Shown here one piece after another: positions 59,418 to 64,000 of a DNA stretch of 64,000 nucleotides. This DNA is from a virus. Lineage: Duplodnaviria; Caudoviricetes. The position numbers and the translations under genes were made by a program. Under the pieces are notes generated by a model. That model searched no databases, was not told the DNA's origin, and saw nothing but the letters and a program-made list of their open reading frames with translations. Where the stretch lies: the IMG/VR virus record IMGVR_UViG_3300028591_000086, positions 1-64,000 of that record, one strand, 5' to 3'. Each line of letters begins with the position of its first letter. The first letter of the stretch is position 1.

Positions 59418-59429
59418 ATAAATCAATAT

Positions 59430-60794
59430 TTATAAGTTGCGGATGTTCTTCGATGATTCTGGAAACGATTTTTCATTTGAAATATTTTTATGTTTCTTAA
59501 TTTTAACTATCGTTTTAACGCGTTTCTTTTCATCGACACCAACAGCTTGTTTAGCCATCGTGACGATATTGACTTCGTTTGGTTGTTCAAACGATTCATC
59601 AATATCAACAACAACTTCTTCAGGCATATTATTATCATTATCGTCTTTAAGAGAACTTTCAATCGTCGTGTTTTTAAGTCCAAACAATACATCGATATCA
59701 TCAAATATCACATTTTGATCTACAACAGGATCATAATGCATTTTGTCTCTAATATAGACTTTTGGAGTGACTTTTGTATCCATCTTAGAAATATAATTAA
59801 GTGTAGATGTTGGTGAATAATAATAGTAATTGTTAAATCTTTCAAAAATCATAAAATCAAGTAAACTGTTAGGCAATGACCAACTACTATTTTCAATTCC
59901 AGGAACAGCAGACGCTACTACACCGTCAGGATCGATACAATCATCAACATGTTTAAATATATCATAGGACATTTTACCCAATTCAATTGTAATAGTATGT
60001 TTACCTGAAGCGATATCGTTATTATCCAATAATTTATTTATTATATCATTGAAAGCGGTAATACATCTTGCACGTCGATCGAACTCATTCTGGCAATTTC
60101 TACAAAAATTAAGATATCCTGAATCATGTGAACAGATATTCAATAAAACTGTGGTTATTAATATCTTAGTTACAGGATTATATAAATATTCATACAATGA
60201 TTTAAGAACCTCAGTCACACACTCTGATTCTATAGAGTTATCGTTGTTCCAATTAGATAGATCTATACTTTCATTACATTCATTTAAATACAATCTATAT
60301 TTAATAGACAATTTATTATTCATTGTGATAAATTTATCCGACTCAAAGTCATAATATCCAGTATCCTTAGTAAGTATATTTATTGTCAGATTTAATGGAG
60401 CCGCAACAATAGCATCATTTTTGAGAAATACATAACTTAATGTGATACTAATAACAGATTTATCCAGTTGTTCTCTAATATCACTGATATATACATGTGG
60501 ACATAATCCAAAATCTATCAACCGTCTAGATCCAATAATTGTATTAAGATCAAATATATTATTTAGTTCTTTAGTAAAACATTCATTTACACACTGTTTA
60601 GAACCGTTATACCAAGATGTGTATATCAGATCTCCAATAATTCTAAGTAAAAGCTTAGCTTTGCAAAGGCTAGTTACAATAACTTCTTTTAAATCAGGTG
60701 TAAAATAAGAAGGTGTAGAATTCTTATAATATTCATTTATATCATACCAAATTTCGTTTCGCATATCCGTGTACATGTCTGTTTTTAATCTCAT
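59430..60794 (-). CDS. Hypothetical protein
   Basis: 454 aa, AGGAG SD, AACA-N6-TA upstream. Confidence 0.7.
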   Translation of the reverse strand: MRLKTDMYTDMRNEIWYDINEYYKNSTPSYFTPDLKEVIVTSLCKAKLLLRIIGDLIYTSWYNGSKQCVNECFTKELNNIFDLNTIIGSRRLIDFGLCPHVYISDIREQLDKSVISITLSYVFLKNDAIVAAPLNLTINILTKDTGYYDFESDKFITMNNKLSIKYRLYLNECNESIDLSNWNNDNSIESECVTEVLKSLYEYLYNPVTKILITTVLLNICSHDSGYLNFCRNCQNEFDRRARCITAFNDIINKLLDNNDIASGKHTITIELGKMSYDIFKHVDDCIDPDGVVASAVPGIENSSWSLPNSLLDFMIFERFNNYYYYSPTSTLNYISKMDTKVTPKVYIRDKMHYDPVVDQNVIFDDIDVLFGLKNTTIESSLKDDNDNNMPEEVVVDIDESFEQPNEVNIVTMAKQAVGVDEKKRVKTIVKIKKHKNISNEKSFPESSKNIRNL

Positions 60795-60824
60795 AATTTT
60801 CTCCTATAAAATAGATTTAATTTC

Positions 60825-60887
60825 TATAAAAATGTTACATTTTTAATATTATTTAACACATTATTTAATATAAAAAACATCTTTATG
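60825..60887. promoter_or_regulatory. Divergent pair of putative late promoters
   Basis: Minus AACATTTTTATA (60825-60836) and plus AACATCTTTATG (60876-60887). Confidence 0.6.
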
Positions 60888-60922
60888 ATATTCTATATTT
60901 TTAATAAAAGCGAGGTAAAAAT

Positions 60923-62245
60923 ATGCCAACAATGTGCTATTTGAACTTCCCTGCTATAGAAATTAAAACTGCTACAGATAGTATTTTATACGCTGTTTCT
61001 AAATATGTAACTGGTAAATTTCCACAAAGAATCATTAAACAGACTTTCATAGATACATCTGATAAAATGCGAAGTTTATATAAAAATGCATTAAATTTTT
61101 ATAATGGAAAAATGTCAGAAAATAATAATTATGAAGAGATGTTAAAAATCCCAAGACCACATTTATTTATAGGATACACGTTCGATTCGTCGTTCGATTC
61201 CACTGAAACAGGTTTAGGCGAAACACAACCATACATGTTTCCAAACGCATTTTTCTTACAAGAACATCAACAATCAGCTTTTCCTATTTTTATAGATAAT
61301 AATAGAAAAATCTCTATCAAATCATCTAATTTAAGAATAAGAGTAACTGCTGAATTTACATTTACGTGTTCTAATAGAGAAGAACAGTTTACTATCTATA
61401 ATTATATTTTAAATACTTTAAAGGTGTATTATAATATGCCATTAAACGGAATTAAAGCATCATTCATTATGCCAGATTCACTTATAACGTTTGTAAAAGA
61501 TGCCCTATATGGTGAGAATTCAAATATAAGTGACGTGATGAACGGTTTAAGTGAATACCTTAAAAAAGGAAGCGGTGGTGATATATATCCAGTATTTAAA
61601 AATAATAAAGAAAAAGATAATTTCTTCGAACTAAAATATCATTATAGGCAAGTGGATTTTAGACTCACAGGAAAACCTCAAATGGATGAAGGTGAAAAAA
61701 CTGGGGAAGCTCCTGATAATTTTTTAGTTCGATTTCCAGCAGAAGTGCAATTTTATATACCAACAAATTATACTATTAAACTTCCTGAATTAGTTCCTAA
61801 TGGTGAAGGAAATATCTTCGAAGTGCCTAGTGCTATAAAATTAGACGCAGTAAACGATAATGATCTTAACGATCATGTATTAACTGTTATAAAACGATAT
61901 GAAGATATTGCTTATAGAGAACCGTCTCTATATGAAAAAGGATTTGACTTTGCTTTAAGAAGTGAATTCGCTATAATGAATCCAGAAGATTATTTTAATA
62001 TTCAAGATGTCTTAGATGATTCTCTAAAAACAGTTTTCAACTTTTTAACTCCAGCTGAAAGATTAGAGTGTTTTAAGTTTTACATATATGAAAACGGACG
62101 AATATTAGACAAAGACAAATTCTATACCATGGATGAAGATTGGAATATATTTATTCATGAAGGTGATATATTAAAAGGTCATGAAATTGAAATATATTTG
62201 AAAACTGATAAAATAAACGAAATCATAGATAAAAGGAAACGATAA
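60923..62245 (+). CDS. Probable virion structural protein (possibly tail completion-like)
   Basis: 440 aa, late motif upstream, GAGGT SD. Confidence 0.5.
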   Translation: MPTMCYLNFPAIEIKTATDSILYAVSKYVTGKFPQRIIKQTFIDTSDKMRSLYKNALNFYNGKMSENNNYEEMLKIPRPHLFIGYTFDSSFDSTETGLGETQPYMFPNAFFLQEHQQSAFPIFIDNNRKISIKSSNLRIRVTAEFTFTCSNREEQFTIYNYILNTLKVYYNMPLNGIKASFIMPDSLITFVKDALYGENSNISDVMNGLSEYLKKGSGGDIYPVFKNNKEKDNFFELKYHYRQVDFRLTGKPQMDEGEKTGEAPDNFLVRFPAEVQFYIPTNYTIKLPELVPNGEGNIFEVPSAIKLDAVNDNDLNDHVLTVIKRYEDIAYREPSLYEKGFDFALRSEFAIMNPEDYFNIQDVLDDSLKTVFNFLTPAERLECFKFYIYENGRILDKDKFYTMDEDWNIFIHEGDILKGHEIEIYLKTDKINEIIDKRKR

Positions 62246-62247
62246 TT

Positions 62248-63582
62248 ATGGGTTTAGAAAATAATACTAATATAAATACATATTCTCAATTTCCTAATTT
62301 AGACCAACGAACTAAAGCGGAAAGAGATATGTTTATATCCGAGCACGAATTTGAAAAATCGTTAAGTTCAATGCTCACTGAATTGGATGGTCTTCTCAAT
62401 ACTACTAGTGGGAACACTTCTGAAATCCAAAGACAAAAAGAAAATGTTGCTGCGGAATTAAATAATTTAATTGCTATCACAGAAAGTACTTTACATGATT
62501 TGATTAAACGTTATATAAATCTTATATCAGATGAAAGTAATAAAGTACTTGCTGCTGAAGAAAGAATTTACTCTAAAATACAAAGCGTAATTCAAAGCAT
62601 CAATGTGAATATACAAAACCGAACAATTACATACGATGTAGTAATGAGTTATAAATTACGAATACTTGATGCAATATATAATTTGTTTGGTATAAAATCA
62701 CCTTATTCTGATGAAAGAAAAAATAATAAAAAATACGAAGTAAATTTGAATGAAACCGCTGTATTGAGGGAAGTAGATGAAGGAATTGGTTTCAGATCAA
62801 CTTCAATAAATATTGATCCTAGTGTTCAACAGGGTGAAGTTATCAAACTTTGTTCATGGGAACCTATAGCTAACGGAACACCTATACCTGCTTTCCTGGC
62901 TGAAGTGATTATAAGCGGAGACCTGTATGCATTTAGAGGCATAGTGTCTTCATCTAATAAAAACAAAAATGGAGAAAGAACAGTTGTATTCGACGCAGAT
63001 TATTTTGTCAATCAAGATTTACCTTTCTCTATAAAAACATTCTACGATAAAATTAATAACAAGATGGTGTTAGCACTAGTGTATGATTCTACTAATAATA
63101 AATTTACTAGTATTATCAAATTCGATTTAAGTATAAATCTTTTAGTTGGTGAGAACTTAGTATTCTCACCTAATTGTACAAAGATGGCTAACGCAGGATT
63201 ACTGACATTCGGAGTAACAATCAATTCAAATAACCTCGAATGTTATGATGTTTCTGGGAATAAAATATTGTCTCAATTCGATGATAATAATGAATATCTT
63301 GGTGGCGTCATTAAAACTCTTTATAGAGTACAAACTGGTTCTACTGTAAATATTGTACTAGGTATACCGGAAGGTAAAGGTGATTCTTATGGAATCCCTA
63401 ATATATACGATAATAGATATAGTGATTTGATATCTGTTAAAGTTAATGGAATTGAAAGAACAATTAGCAACGCTGATGGTTCGGACACACATTTCTATCT
63501 TTCATCTAATTTATTAAGTATAGAAAATGTAGATGGAGAAGTTCAGATTAAAATACGTGCTGTCAATTTAAATGAATATTAA
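62248..63582 (+). CDS. Hypothetical protein, probable virion/tail protein
   Basis: 444 aa; N-terminal coiled coil, beta-rich C-terminus. Confidence 0.55.
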   Translation: MGLENNTNINTYSQFPNLDQRTKAERDMFISEHEFEKSLSSMLTELDGLLNTTSGNTSEIQRQKENVAAELNNLIAITESTLHDLIKRYINLISDESNKVLAAEERIYSKIQSVIQSINVNIQNRTITYDVVMSYKLRILDAIYNLFGIKSPYSDERKNNKKYEVNLNETAVLREVDEGIGFRSTSINIDPSVQQGEVIKLCSWEPIANGTPIPAFLAEVIISGDLYAFRGIVSSSNKNKNGERTVVFDADYFVNQDLPFSIKTFYDKINNKMVLALVYDSTNNKFTSIIKFDLSINLLVGENLVFSPNCTKMANAGLLTFGVTINSNNLECYDVSGNKILSQFDDNNEYLGGVIKTLYRVQTGSTVNIVLGIPEGKGDSYGIPNIYDNRYSDLISVKVNGIERTISNADGSDTHFYLSSNLLSIENVDGEVQIKIRAVNLNEY

Positions 63583-63599
63583 TTTATGGAGATAATCAT

Positions 63600-64000
63600 A
63601 TGGGTAATTATGTCTCTGAAGAATTGAATAACGGCTTTTTTCAAGATAATAATAATTATGAAGAAATAGGTGAATTACACGCTAGCAGCAAAAACGCTGT
63701 AGTAGGTAGAATAGATAGCCGTTATAATGCTACAAAGAAAAAATCTTTATTATATCCTGATTCGGACAGATTGATATATGACTATTATTCAGATGCAAGT
63801 GTCCGTGACATGGCTATTAGACCAATTCAAGATTCTTTAAGTGAAAAAATGTTATTTATAGGTAATAATTTTATTACTGTCTATGATTCCGACGGCGGAA
63901 ATTTCATTTTAAAAGAACCTAAAGATCTATTATCTTCTCTTAAAAATCCTCACACCACGGCAATCAATCCTGGTTTTGCCGGATTAGATGGAACTGAAAC
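63600..64000 (+). CDS. Partial hypothetical protein (runs off the right edge)
   Basis: Read by hand: MGNYVSEELNNGFFQ..., open to the end; GGAG SD. Confidence 0.7.
   Translation, partial: MGNYVSEELNNGFFQDNNNYEEIGELHASSKNAVVGRIDSRYNATKKKSLLYPDSDRLIYDYYSDASVRDMAIRPIQDSLSEKMLFIGNNFITVYDSDGGNFILKEPKDLLSSLKNPHTTAINPGFAGLDGTE

Noticed and set aside
1-64000. Stop-codon reassignment, or introns/inteins in core genes
   Set aside because: Core genes are full length in the standard code with high coding density; no interruption or intein motif noticed in TerL, PolB, RNAP or ligase

Overview
AT-rich, densely coding 64-kb segment of a jumbo myophage of the phiKZ/AR9(PBS1)-related type, read with the standard genetic code. 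Hallmark genes are a split multisubunit RNA polymerase beta-prime C-terminal subunit next to an SF2 helicase, a divergent family B DNA polymerase lacking an exonuclease domain, a terminase large subunit, tail sheath and tube, the probable major capsid protein, baseplate proteins, an NAD-dependent ligase, Dda-like and SNF2-like helicases, three glycosyltransferases and two paralogous free-standing PD-(D/E)XK endonucleases. Many bidirectional intrinsic terminators and two promoter classes (TATATTAT-like and AACA-N6-TR) are visible. The main find is a ~570-bp non-coding array (23535-24107) of about 15 units of 37-39 bp. Each unit has two short conserved motifs separated by two ~10-nt variable segments, which is the architecture of a TIGR (dual-spacer guide RNA) array. 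A 2-unit sister array lies at 48801-48882, and no Tas/Nop gene is recognisable in the window. Other notable items are a twice-present structured 5' leader RNA with compensatory base changes, a tRNA-like leader with a GAAA-capped anticodon arm, and a shared N-terminal leader peptide on unrelated enzymes that may target them into the capsid. All calls are by eye; no database searches were run.
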